A stretch of DNA of 64,000 bases, taken from positions 18,451 to 82,450 of the forward strand of contig CAVUWV010000033.1 in NCBI GenBank assembly GCA_963745075.1. The letters run 5' to 3'. This document shows positions 19,190 through 28,975 of this stretch, in pieces. This DNA comes from Candidatus Hydrogenedentota bacterium. GTDB lineage: Bacteria > Hydrogenedentota > Hydrogenedentia > Hydrogenedentales > SLHB01. The position numbers and the translations under genes were made by a program. The notes beneath the pieces are model-generated. The model worked only from the letters and a program-made list of their open reading frames with translations, was not told the origin of the DNA and made no database searches. How positions within the stretch are numbered: the stretch's first letter is position 1; each line of letters opens with the position of its first letter.

Positions 19190-20695
19190 TTAAGGTGTTG
19201 GAGTGCTTGTAGTTGCGGCGGGCGACATTCGTTCGAGCAAAAATCGAATCACGACCAGTTTGTCCACCCACAACTGACGATCGGTCAAGTCTTTCCCCCG
19301 GGGAAACCAGTGTTCGATCGCAAAATGTCGGATGTCGAAGGGTTCGCCGCCGGGTAATTTCTTCATCTGCATTAACTCATTCACGGGAACGTGCAATTCA
19401 TCGGCTCGTTGGCGCAGGGCCTGCTCCACATAGAACCGGTCGATGAATCCGCCGTATTGGAGCACGAAGAGGAAATTCCAGACGGCGAGCACGGACACGA
19501 CGATCACCGGCCAGCGCATGCGCCACGGCGCGGCTGTGAGGATTTGGGCCATGCCGACTGCAAACAACGGCGTGCAGTTCACCATGCGCCGCATGCCGAA
19601 ACTCCACCCGGCGGCCGGCACGACCGAATTGATGTAGAGCTGCGCGACGAACGCCGCCGCCAAGGCGATCCAGCACACCCGGTTCGACTTGGGCCACAGA
19701 CACAAACCGGCCATGGCGACCGCGCAAAAGGGCGTCCACGTAATTAACCCGGAGGACCGCGAGAACAGCGTGCCCCTTACATCCGGGTGAAGCCAATCGA
19801 CAAAACCTCCGCCTTGGGGGATGGTCAGAAACGTGCCAAAGACGATCTTCCACGCGATCATCTGCGGCGCAAACCCCACGATGGATGCTAGCCCGCAGAC
19901 GGCCAACGGTGCGAATCCCCGCCACCGTAAGCGCCACAGCAGGTCGATTGCCGGGATCAAGGCAAAGGCCGCGTTCTGCCACCGCACGAGCGCCGCTACT
20001 CCCAACGCGAGTCCGACGACAATCCAGGCCCAAACGTTCGTGTGGAGCCGGAGCCGCGCCCAAAGCAGCAGAAACAACGCTACCGAAAAGAACGAACACG
20101 CATGGGCCATGGCGATCTGGGCGCAGGTATAATACAGCGCGGGAGAACACGCCCAAGCCGCGAATGCGCCGATCGCGCTTTGCGGTTGGCTAAACCAGGT
20201 CCGAAGCAAGAGGTAGGTCAACACCAAGCCCAGGATCCCGTAGAACGTGTTCGCGAAGAACACCGCCGCGTGGTAGGGAGCGGTGAACCCGTCGGCACTG
20301 ACTCCGCTTTCCAGCGCAATCCCATGAGCCACGCCGATGAACGGTGTCCAAAGCAGCCCCGGGCCGATCGAGAACAGATTGGGGAGGTGACCGGTTTCCG
20401 TGCGCGCGCCGTCGGGATTCATAAGGGAACCCTTCGTGTACGTCGCACCGGCGTTCAAGGTGCGGTATTCGTTCGCGAACTGGAGATCGTGGTCGAAGAG
20501 CAGGGAGTGGACCCACGCGTAGTAGCCCACGGGATCGGCGCCCGCGATACGCTGCGTCACGGGCTTGTAAACCCCGAGGCCGATGAACGCACCCGCGTAC
20601 AGCAGACCGGCTACCACCAATCCCGCCACGTACTTATCGAGCCATTTGCGCTTCTGCGGCGTCGCTGATTCTAGTGCCGCGTCAGCCGAGGACAT
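19190..20695 (-). CDS. GT-C superfamily membrane glycosyltransferase
   Basis: ADPVGYYAWVHSLLFDHDL, FSIGPGLLWTPF, LVRWQN, WSFGMRR; many TMs. Confidence 0.72.
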   Translation of the reverse strand: MSSADAALESATPQKRKWLDKYVAGLVVAGLLYAGAFIGLGVYKPVTQRIAGADPVGYYAWVHSLLFDHDLQFANEYRTLNAGATYTKGSLMNPDGARTETGHLPNLFSIGPGLLWTPFIGVAHGIALESGVSADGFTAPYHAAVFFANTFYGILGLVLTYLLLRTWFSQPQSAIGAFAAWACSPALYYTCAQIAMAHACSFFSVALFLLLWARLRLHTNVWAWIVVGLALGVAALVRWQNAAFALIPAIDLLWRLRWRGFAPLAVCGLASIVGFAPQMIAWKIVFGTFLTIPQGGGFVDWLHPDVRGTLFSRSSGLITWTPFCAVAMAGLCLWPKSNRVCWIALAAAFVAQLYINSVVPAAGWSFGMRRMVNCTPLFAVGMAQILTAAPWRMRWPVIVVSVLAVWNFLFVLQYGGFIDRFYVEQALRQRADELHVPVNELMQMKKLPGGEPFDIRHFAIEHWFPRGKDLTDRQLWVDKLVVIRFLLERMSPAATTSTPTP

Positions 20696-21491
20696 AATAG
20701 GAAAGGATGACCAGAACCGCGAGTGCGATCCGGTAGTACCCGAAGGCCTTAAAATCGTGCTGCTGTATGTAGCGCATGAGAAACGCTATGGCTGCGTAGG
20801 CCGTCAGAAACGAAACCGTGCAACCGAGCCCGATCGCGACCCATTGCGCTCCGGTAAACGAGAGTCCACTCTTGGCCACCGTGAGCACCGTCGCCCCCAA
20901 CATTGTCGGAATGGCGAGGAAGAAGGAAAACTCCGCCGCCGCCGCCCGACTTGCGCCGAGGAGCATCGCGCCGATAATCGTGGCTGCCGACCGGGAGGTT
21001 CCGGGAAACATGGCGAGACACTGGAAGAAACCGATGGCGATCGCAGTCGGGAATTTAATGTCATGAACGCTGGCGAACCGCATGGGAAGATGTCGCCGCT
21101 CGATGAGAACGAGGATGATTCCGCCAATGAGCAAAGCGATTGCCACGGGAATCTCGTGCGTAAGTTTTTCCTCGATGATGTCGTTGAACATCAGGCCGAG
21201 GACGACCGCCGGCACGACCGCGACGGCAATGTTGAACCAGAGCAGCACGATGGCTTGACGATGGGCCGCGTCACCCGAAAACGGCCAGAGCATCTTCCAG
21301 AAATACACGACTACGGCCAGAATAGCCGGCAATTGAATGATCACCATGAAAGCAAAGCGAAACGACGACGCCGGATCGTTGCTCAGCGGGAGAAACGACT
21401 CGACAATGATCAGATGCCCGGTACTGCTGATGGGCAGGAATTCCGTCACGCCTTCGACGATGGATAGCAAGATGGCGTTGAGATACAGCAC
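20682..21491 (-). CDS. uppP: Undecaprenyl-diphosphate phosphatase
   Basis: VEGVTEFLPISSTGH, PGTSRSAATI, AEFSFFLAIP. Confidence 0.95.
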   Translation of the reverse strand: MLYLNAILLSIVEGVTEFLPISSTGHLIIVESFLPLSNDPASSFRFAFMVIIQLPAILAVVVYFWKMLWPFSGDAAHRQAIVLLWFNIAVAVVPAVVLGLMFNDIIEEKLTHEIPVAIALLIGGIILVLIERRHLPMRFASVHDIKFPTAIAIGFFQCLAMFPGTSRSAATIIGAMLLGASRAAAAEFSFFLAIPTMLGATVLTVAKSGLSFTGAQWVAIGLGCTVSFLTAYAAIAFLMRYIQQHDFKAFGYYRIALAVLVILSYYVLG

Positions 21492-21574
21492 AGACGAATC
21501 CTTCTGAACTAAGGGGAATCTTGCGACAACCGGCGTATCTTACCATTCCTGCGGCGCGGATGGTACGAGGACTT

Positions 21575-21946
21575 CTATCGAAACGGGAGATCGATATTGT
21601 CGTTGTCGAGATACACGTAGTCGTCCGGATTGGGCGGTTCCCAGCGATATAGTTTCAAGTCACATCGATCCTCGGCATCAAACCGGACGCCCTCTTTCTC
21701 CAGCATGATGCGTTGCAGATGGGGCCGCTCGACGTCACCCCGTCCGCTGATGGCGCCCCGGTGGTTGATGACTCGCTGCCAGGGCACGTTTTCCCGTTTG
21801 CACGCCCGTAGGGCATATCCCACGGCGCGCGCCGCCCTCGGCGCGCCGAGAATCGTCGCAATCTGGCCGTAGGTCATCACCCGTCCCTTCGGGATCGCGC
21901 GGACAAGCCGGTACACGGCTTCATAAAAGCTGTCGGGTTCGCTCAC
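21575..21946 (-). CDS. Alkyltransferase-like protein (Atl/YbaZ, MGMT family)
   Basis: IPKGRVMTYGQIA, ARAVG, PWQRV with Trp in place of the catalytic Cys; GTG at 21946 after aaaggagg. Confidence 0.88.
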   Translation of the reverse strand: MSEPDSFYEAVYRLVRAIPKGRVMTYGQIATILGAPRAARAVGYALRACKRENVPWQRVINHRGAISGRGDVERPHLQRIMLEKEGVRFDAEDRCDLKLYRWEPPNPDDYVYLDNDNIDLPFR

Positions 21947-22123
21947 GTGGGACCTCCTTTTCACTGCACCATAGCACGATCGCTGTGCGTGCGAGCTTCT
22001 CTAATGGATTTCTAATGAGTCCCTCGTCTCCGGCTAATGGGCGCCACGTACCGTTCCCTTGTCTTACCGCTTATGACTACCTGTCGAAACGTGTTGGGGT
22101 TGACAAAATGGAAGGGGAAAAGT

Positions 22124-23188
22124 ATGTCCAATCGAAAGGGATTCACGCTCATCGAGTTGCTCGTCGTCATCGCGATTATCGGTATTCTGGCGGCCGTATT
22201 GCTGCCCGCTTTGGCGCGCGCCCGCGAGGCGGCTCGCCGGGCCAGTTGTCAGAATAACCTGAAGCAGTTGGGCCTTGTAATGAAGATGTATGCGAACGAA
22301 GCGCGGGGCGAGAGTTTTCCGGAATTGCAGAAGACCATGCCCGGGTTCAACAACGACTTGCAGGGGTTCGAAGTGCCGGAAGTGTACCCGGAATACCTGT
22401 CGGATCCCTTCGTGATGATTTGTCCGTCGGATACGCACGCCGACTCCAGTGCCTGGGGCGCCGACGTACTGGACATGGAGGACGGTATGAATCAGATCCA
22501 GGGGCTGATCGCGTCAGGCAACGCGACGTTGGACTGCGTGCTCGCGCATCTGAGCTACCCGCGGTCGTACATGTATTTCGGCTACGCCGTCCAGCACGGA
22601 TCGACCGCGCGCCTGACGTGGAAAGCGGTGGAGAAAGTGCGTAAGAACGCACGCGCCGCGAGTGACTACGTCGCCCTCGATTTGGGCGCCGGTTGCCCCT
22701 ATAACACCGCCGACTATGAAGACGGGGGGTTCCCGGGCGTGTTTCGCATGAATCCCGATACCCCGACGCAGATCGACCTCACCGGCGAAGACCCGGAAGA
22801 GCGCGTCGTGGGATTCGACAGCTTGAATACTCCGATTCTTGGGCCCGATTCCGTGCAACGGCTGCGCGAAGGCGTGGAGCGCTTTCTCATTACCGACATC
22901 AACAACCCGTCGGGAAGCGCCAAGGGCCAGAGCGAATTGCCGGTGCTCGTCGATGCGTGGGGATTGACCAAAAAGCTGAGTTCAACGGTTGACGATTCGC
23001 GTGCCGGTGCCATCGGCACGTTCAACCATCTTCCCGGCGGTTCCAACGTGCTGTACATGGACGGGCACGTCAAATTCATCAAATACTCACCGTCCGGTGG
23101 CGAGTTCCCCGTGACGGGCTATTCCGATCCATACATTGAGAAAATCCAGGGCTGGTCCTCGCACATTGCGGAAGGAACCGCCGGATAA
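22124..23188 (+). CDS. DUF1559 prepilin-type N-terminal cleavage / H-X9-DG domain protein
   Basis: [61 protein letters not shown]. Confidence 0.92.
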   Translation: MSNRKGFTLIELLVVIAIIGILAAVLLPALARAREAARRASCQNNLKQLGLVMKMYANEARGESFPELQKTMPGFNNDLQGFEVPEVYPEYLSDPFVMICPSDTHADSSAWGADVLDMEDGMNQIQGLIASGNATLDCVLAHLSYPRSYMYFGYAVQHGSTARLTWKAVEKVRKNARAASDYVALDLGAGCPYNTADYEDGGFPGVFRMNPDTPTQIDLTGEDPEERVVGFDSLNTPILGPDSVQRLREGVERFLITDINNPSGSAKGQSELPVLVDAWGLTKKLSSTVDDSRAGAIGTFNHLPGGSNVLYMDGHVKFIKYSPSGGEFPVTGYSDPYIEKIQGWSSHIAEGTAG

Positions 23189-23229
23189 CTGGAATCATCG
23201 CGCCTCGTCACCATAGCGAAGATAGACGT

Positions 23230-23259
23230 GGGAGCGCGGAAAGAAAAGTCCGCGCTCCC
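23230..23259. terminator. Hairpin between convergent genes
   Basis: gggagcgcgga-aagaaaag-tccgcgctccc. Confidence 0.55.
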
Positions 23260-23275
23260 GCCTACAGACTCGTTC

Positions 23276-23626
23276 TCAAGCGCGCTCTCTACGTAACTTC
23301 GGGTGCGGGGCCATCATTACGAGCAATGTCACGGGCTCGTCGCTGTTGTTGACCACCCCATGCAATACGCCGGCGGGCGCGATGGCTACGTGGCCGGGCG
23401 GCAAGGCATGCGTTTCATCATCCAATTGAACGTGACACGTTCCCTGCAGGGCATGGTATATCTTGTCCTCGTCATGGTGAACGTGCGGCCGCTGGGACTG
23501 GCCCGGCAGCAGGCAATACACGTCACAAAACAGGCGATATGATTCGTACAGATTCACCTTGTTCAGTTTATCTTCGGAGAATTTGGCCGCCGCCTGGGTG
23601 TCCCAAATCAACGGATGCGTATCCAC
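23276..23626 (-). CDS. Cupin domain protein
   Basis: PGQSQRPHVHHDEDK..G..PAGVLHGVVN. Confidence 0.85.
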   Translation of the reverse strand: MDTHPLIWDTQAAAKFSEDKLNKVNLYESYRLFCDVYCLLPGQSQRPHVHHDEDKIYHALQGTCHVQLDDETHALPPGHVAIAPAGVLHGVVNNSDEPVTLLVMMAPHPKLRRERA

Positions 23627-23642
23627 GATTGATTGTCTCCGC

Positions 23643-25193
23643 TTATTGATTCTTTTGTTCTTCCCGCTTTTTCAGTTGCTCGTGCATCGTTTTTTCGAAG
23701 CCCGGGAGATCTTCCAGCCGCAGCAGGACCAGGTAGTGCAGCCCCAATCCGTGTAGTTGCGGTGTGCTGGTCCGCTTGTGCGGCGACGGTCCCTGGCCCA
23801 CGAAGGACAAGGTGTGCGTCTCGTCCGCCGTCAAGTCGTGTACGTCAAACCGGGTCCACACCGGGTCAAGACCCTCGCGACAAAAATCGATGGGACCGCC
23901 GATGGCTGTGCCGTCCAGGCTGACCTGATAGACTCCCCCGATGAATCCATAGTCCATCACCGCGTTGATCTGATACCGCCCATCTTCCGGAACCGTAAAA
24001 TCCACCTCGACGGTCCCGGTCGGTGTAAACCCGATGTACTGGATTCCTTCGTCGGTTTTGGAAAGCCCCATGGCGGGTTCTGCCCGGGCTTCCAACGTGC
24101 CGGCCGGAACGACCCGATACGGTGCGACGCGATCGCGGGCGGGCGGTAAGGGTTCCGTGATTTGGATAGGTGGCGACTGGTACCAGAACGCGACGCCGCT
24201 GACGAAGTCCTGCCGGGGCAGAGTCTGTCCGAGATGTTCCGCGGCCCGCGTGAATATGCTTCCCCGGGTTTCCATCTGCACGCGCAACGACTTCTTGAAC
24301 GGGATCGGGTCCGGCAAGTGCCAGCGGTATGCGGTCACCCGATCCCCCGCAAAATAGCCGTCCCACAGGGATACGCCGAAGTAGGGGGTGTCGAACTTGC
24401 GGAACCCCCATGCGTCGCAGAAGTAGTCCTCCGTGCCGGTACCGCTGAGCGACGGGTATTCCTCGCCGTCTACGTAGAACCGGTCGTCGCCTTCGCCGAA
24501 CCAGCCAATCTCGGCCATGTGGTCGGACAACACCGTGCCCACGTATTGACCGTGGCCTTGCGTGTCGAGCAAGACAAAGTCCTCGGGCCCGGTCGGATTT
24601 TCCTGGTGGTACCGGGCGTGGAAATAGACGGTGTCGTCCGGGAGACTGTCGTGCTTCTCCCAGTCCACATAATAGTAGAAGGAATCCGTATCGTATTCGC
24701 CTTCATTGGCGACCGTCACTCGCGCATGTTTCTTGAAGGGCATGCGCCAGTAACAGCTCCGGGCGCGGCCCTCGGACGAAACGACGGCCACCGCCGACTC
24801 GTAGTCCTCCCAGGCGGCGTGGCCCACCCCGAAGAAATCGCCGAGGGGAACCTGGACGCTGGGGTGCTCGGCGCCGTCGTAGTAGACGCGCAGCACGTGC
24901 GTGCGGCCATGGAACAGGTCAAGGGTACCGATCGTGCACCAAATGTGGGTAATCACGCCCGGTCCTTCCAAATCCGCGATCGTCAGTTCTTCTCCCGCGG
25001 GAATCGGACGTGCGTCGCCGTTCTTCGTCAAGTCCTCGTTGGCGCTGCTGGAGCGCTGCGGCACGAAGTCAAGTTGGCGCGTAACCGAATCCAGAATCGA
25101 TTCAGCGGGTGTGGGCTGGTTTGCTGCCAGGAAAACGAGCACTACCGCAACGCGTGGCACCCAGCCGCCGATCAAGTTCCGCCGTGCAATCAT
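23643..25193 (-). CDS. Glycoside hydrolase family 172 (DUF2961) with C-terminal beta-sandwich
   Basis: GPGVITHIW, VPLGDFFG, WFGEGDD, GTGTEDYF, YRWHLPDPIPFKKS; signal peptide. Confidence 0.88.
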   Translation of the reverse strand: MIARRNLIGGWVPRVAVVLVFLAANQPTPAESILDSVTRQLDFVPQRSSSANEDLTKNGDARPIPAGEELTIADLEGPGVITHIWCTIGTLDLFHGRTHVLRVYYDGAEHPSVQVPLGDFFGVGHAAWEDYESAVAVVSSEGRARSCYWRMPFKKHARVTVANEGEYDTDSFYYYVDWEKHDSLPDDTVYFHARYHQENPTGPEDFVLLDTQGHGQYVGTVLSDHMAEIGWFGEGDDRFYVDGEEYPSLSGTGTEDYFCDAWGFRKFDTPYFGVSLWDGYFAGDRVTAYRWHLPDPIPFKKSLRVQMETRGSIFTRAAEHLGQTLPRQDFVSGVAFWYQSPPIQITEPLPPARDRVAPYRVVPAGTLEARAEPAMGLSKTDEGIQYIGFTPTGTVEVDFTVPEDGRYQINAVMDYGFIGGVYQVSLDGTAIGGPIDFCREGLDPVWTRFDVHDLTADETHTLSFVGQGPSPHKRTSTPQLHGLGLHYLVLLRLEDLPGFEKTMHEQLKKREEQKNQ

Positions 25194-25289
25194 GAAAAAC
25201 CCCCTCGTTAGAATGTTGTGTTTCTGGGAATTGTATGCGGCGGGACCGGCGATGTCACGTCGGCAATTTCCGGTAACGCGATCTTCTGC

Positions 25290-26468
25290 TCACGATCCGG
25301 GCGCCAATTCGTAATCGGACTCTGGTGGAGCCTCCGGCGGAGCAGGCCAATTTCGCAAGCACCATCGAATAATAGGGATGCCCGCGACGGCGACCGGTGC
25401 GATCGCCAATTCGATCCACCACATGGAGATCCGGCCCATACTCCCGGACAGGTGAATCCAACCTGCAATCGTGTCGACAACCGTCATGATGAGGAATCCA
25501 TACCAGAAGAACGCCCATCGGCGTTGCGCCACACCCAGTAGGACGAGCACACGTGCGGATGTGTGGCACAGGATGGCCAGGACCCGTTCGACGGGTCCGA
25601 TGAGCCAGAGCACGGACGTTGACGCCCCCAGATACGCGGTCATCACCTTGGTGAGATCCGTTCCGGGCACGCCCGCGAGCGATACGACCACCTGTGTGCC
25701 CGCAACAAAACCCAGCAGGATCGCTTCGAACGCTCCGGCGCCAATCCCCACGGCGACCGCACGGTCGCCGGTTCGGGTCATTTGCCGCCACTTCCACGCG
25801 AACGCGAGCGTGATCCCGATTTCGAAGATCCCGGTGAGGAGCCCGATGTAAATGCTGCCGGCCGCGATATACAGGTCATGGGGAAGCGCGCTCTTAAGTA
25901 AACCCAGGATTGGTTCATTCAGCGCGACGGCCCAAAGAATCTTGAGGGCCACGCCGACGGCCCAAATTCCGGCGCCGACCCAAAACCAACGAAGACGAAT
26001 AGCGGTCTTTCGTTCCCAGCCGATTACGAAGATAAGCGCGACCAGTACCATCAGCGGTCCGGACGCCAGCAACGCGTAGTAGGTGCGTTCCGGAGGTATT
26101 TCGACCACAACGAGGTGCCATTGTCCGGCGCAGTCCTCGGCGTCCATGGAGATCTCGACCGAACCCGCCGGCGCCGTGAACGTTCCCGCGGCGGCCTTGG
26201 ACGACGGGCTCAACGACGCCTCGAACAGTCCGAAGCCATTGGCGCCGGCCGCGCGAAAGTACACGGTGCCCTGGTTCAGATTCCCCATCGCTTGATAACC
26301 GAGTTGGACCGTGTTTCCCGGCGAATCAAACGTGAAGGTGGCTTTGTCGTTCTCCGGATCGGGGCCGTATTCCTGGCGCTTGTCGAGCAGCGTGTCGGCT
26401 CGTGAGACGAGTGGAGCCACGAGAGACAGGATTGCCAGCAGCAAGAGCGTGCGCACGGTGTAGGTCAT
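25290..26468 (-). CDS. YhfC-family glutamic-type intramembrane protease with N-terminal extracytoplasmic domain
   Basis: GLLTGIFEIG, GIGAGAFEA, PVERVLAILCH motifs; signal peptide. Confidence 0.7.
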   Translation of the reverse strand: MTYTVRTLLLLAILSLVAPLVSRADTLLDKRQEYGPDPENDKATFTFDSPGNTVQLGYQAMGNLNQGTVYFRAAGANGFGLFEASLSPSSKAAAGTFTAPAGSVEISMDAEDCAGQWHLVVVEIPPERTYYALLASGPLMVLVALIFVIGWERKTAIRLRWFWVGAGIWAVGVALKILWAVALNEPILGLLKSALPHDLYIAAGSIYIGLLTGIFEIGITLAFAWKWRQMTRTGDRAVAVGIGAGAFEAILLGFVAGTQVVVSLAGVPGTDLTKVMTAYLGASTSVLWLIGPVERVLAILCHTSARVLVLLGVAQRRWAFFWYGFLIMTVVDTIAGWIHLSGSMGRISMWWIELAIAPVAVAGIPIIRWCLRNWPAPPEAPPESDYELAPGS

Positions 26469-26552
26469 CAACCTCTCCCCCAAACCAGACTATTTCCGGT
26501 CGGCTCGGCGTCAACCGGATTATATCACGCGGCAAACGGCGCGCCGGGCGCC

Positions 26553-28718
26553 TCAGAATTTCCCCTGCTCGGTGGGCCAATCCTTTCCCGTATACCCCTG
26601 CATTCGGGCCACGTAGAGCCGTTTGACGATGATTCCCTCGCGCTGGACGTTGACCGTCTCGACAATCTCGCCCGATGCGAAGAAACCGTTGGCGACCATA
26701 TACGTGACGAACGCCAACGCCTTTAATTGACCCCCACCCGTTACGAACAGGCCGTCCCGCCCGGTGAGTTCATCCCATCCATCCCAGAGATCGTATTGGT
26801 TGAGACGCCTGTCGCCGACATTCATGCAATAAGCACGTGGACGGCCCTTCGTATAAAAGGCCGACCATGCAGTCAGTTGATACCGATCGCTGAACGGAAA
26901 GGGATCGTTGTCCGTCCCGGCTCCGATGTGACGGGACAGGGCCGCACCCAGTTCACGGCCGCCCCGGAGTGCGTTGGTGGGGTCCATGTCAGGGTCAATC
27001 GTCACGGGACCGACGTGAATTCGTGACGGTTGGCCCTCGGCGTTCACCGTTTGGTCCGCCATGACGTAGAGCAGGTCCGTCGAGCGCGTGGCGAGCCCCA
27101 TGACGGCCCCCAACGCGAGACCCGCGACCAAGGTGCGACGAATTCCCCGCCGCCGGTCCCGTTCCCGCCACATCCAGGCGAGGGCCGGGGCTCCCGCGAT
27201 ATAGGCGCATACGGGCCAGTTTGGTTCGGGGGCGTGCGTGATGGATATGAACAGGTACGCGCCGAATATCGAAAGAAAGGCCAGGGACAACAAGGCGGCA
27301 TCTCTATCGCGCTTGAAGTGCGCAATACATTTGCCCACGGCCCATACCATGAACCCCAGGAGGATCGGGGACGCGACTCCCAATTGGCCCCCGAAGAACT
27401 GGGCCACGTGCTCAAGCGCGGTCGCGGGACGGAATGTGCCGGATGCGCCGATGCTGGCCGTATGGCGGAACGAAATCCAGTCGTGGGTCCAATTCCAGTA
27501 CAAGACGCCGGCGGTACAGGCCAAGGTTAGAACGAGCGCGACGTAAGGGCCCGGTTTTCGCCAGTGCGTCCGGTCCACGAATGTCAGGTACAGAACGAAC
27601 GCCAACGGAAGCAGGACCATAGTGTATTTCGCGAGTAACCCGAACCCGAGGGCCACGCCGGTGACCCACCAGTATCTGGGCTCGCCATTGACCGCGCGGT
27701 GAAACGCGTAGAGCGCCGCAGCCCAGGAGAGGCAAAGCAACGGATCAATCGTCATGAGCACGGAACCCGCCCACATGGCAGGCATCGCCATCGTAATCAA
27801 TGCGGCCAGGAGGGCCGTACGCTCTTGTTTGGCGATGCGAAGCGTCAATCCGTAGATAAGTGCGACCGTCACGGACGAACAAATCACCGCTCCCGAACGG
27901 ATCGCCCATTCCTCATGCCCGCCCGCCGAAACGAAAATCGCCATGACGTATGCAATCAGCGGCGGTTTGCTGTAGTACCCCAGGGCCAAGTGTCTGGACC
28001 AGTCCCAGTATTGTGCCTCGTCCCCGGCCAGGTCGAACCGATTCAGGTGCACGAAAGCGAAATTGAACAGGGTCCAGGACGCCAGGAGGATGTAAAACGT
28101 GCGTCGCGCCGGATGAATCGCCGCCCAGCTTTCATGGCGGGGGCCACGCAACACATTGTCTTTGTTCAACCGAAGTATCAACCCCGCGCTCACACACCCC
28201 GCGATCGTCCCCAGTGCGTAGCCCCCGAGTACGTCGCCGGGATAGTGATTGCCGGTGTAGATGCGCGAGAACCCCACGAGGAAGACCAGCGGTATCGTCC
28301 CCCACAGGGTTCGCAGGCTCAAAAACGCAAGGACTGCTGCCACGGCCGCGACGTTGGCCGCATGGGTCGACGGGAACGAGAAGCTCTTCCGGCCGTCGTA
28401 CTCGTACCACCCGGGTTCGTAGGTGATCCATTGGCCGCCCCGGTGGACGTGCACATCGGCAATCGCCGCGTAGGGCCGCGCTTCCCGGAAAACATTCTTG
28501 AAGACCTTCTCCGACCCGATGTCGGACAATAACAACGCGGGTATCAGGGCCAGCAAACCGAGCCGCGTGCGCTTACCGCCAAAAAAGATCAGGGTTCCGA
28601 CGAGCACAGCGCCGGGGATTACGATGTAGTTCTTGTCGGAAAAGACGGGCAAGATCGCGTCGAAGAACGGATTCTTCAAGGATTCATTGATAATTCGGAA
28701 CAGCGGCACATTAAACAT
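26553..28718 (-). CDS. PAP2 phosphatase fused to ArnT/GT39-like GT-C glycosyltransferase
   Basis: N-terminal K..FREARP, SFPSTHA, SRIYTGNHYPGDV; then DEAQYWDWSRHLALGYYSKPP, TIDP, GLLAKYT in the same frame. Confidence 0.85.
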   Translation of the reverse strand: MFNVPLFRIINESLKNPFFDAILPVFSDKNYIVIPGAVLVGTLIFFGGKRTRLGLLALIPALLLSDIGSEKVFKNVFREARPYAAIADVHVHRGGQWITYEPGWYEYDGRKSFSFPSTHAANVAAVAAVLAFLSLRTLWGTIPLVFLVGFSRIYTGNHYPGDVLGGYALGTIAGCVSAGLILRLNKDNVLRGPRHESWAAIHPARRTFYILLASWTLFNFAFVHLNRFDLAGDEAQYWDWSRHLALGYYSKPPLIAYVMAIFVSAGGHEEWAIRSGAVICSSVTVALIYGLTLRIAKQERTALLAALITMAMPAMWAGSVLMTIDPLLCLSWAAALYAFHRAVNGEPRYWWVTGVALGFGLLAKYTMVLLPLAFVLYLTFVDRTHWRKPGPYVALVLTLACTAGVLYWNWTHDWISFRHTASIGASGTFRPATALEHVAQFFGGQLGVASPILLGFMVWAVGKCIAHFKRDRDAALLSLAFLSIFGAYLFISITHAPEPNWPVCAYIAGAPALAWMWRERDRRRGIRRTLVAGLALGAVMGLATRSTDLLYVMADQTVNAEGQPSRIHVGPVTIDPDMDPTNALRGGRELGAALSRHIGAGTDNDPFPFSDRYQLTAWSAFYTKGRPRAYCMNVGDRRLNQYDLWDGWDELTGRDGLFVTGGGQLKALAFVTYMVANGFFASGEIVETVNVQREGIIVKRLYVARMQGYTGKDWPTEQGKF

Positions 28719-28894
28719 CTGACAGAACATACCCTTCAAGAACTCCTGGCGCAACACGTTCGAAAGCTGAATGCCGCTTTTTGCGGTCCGTATGTATCAT
28801 CGCGACGGACTGTTCGAGGATTGTTTGATTCCTGAGATTCGCCGTGCGGCCGGCCTAAGCCACGACGTGATTGCGGACCGGCATAAGCCGGGTG

Positions 28895-28923
28895 TTGGCA
28901 ACGCACGCGCTCAGTTATATAAT
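28895..28923 (+). promoter_or_regulatory. Sigma70-type promoter
   Basis: TTGGCA-17 bp-TATAAT upstream of the ATG at 28976. Confidence 0.6.
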
Positions 28924-28975
28924 GGGCAGCGACCGTTCAATCAAGTATCTGGACACAAGCGGAGGAGGGAGTCAA

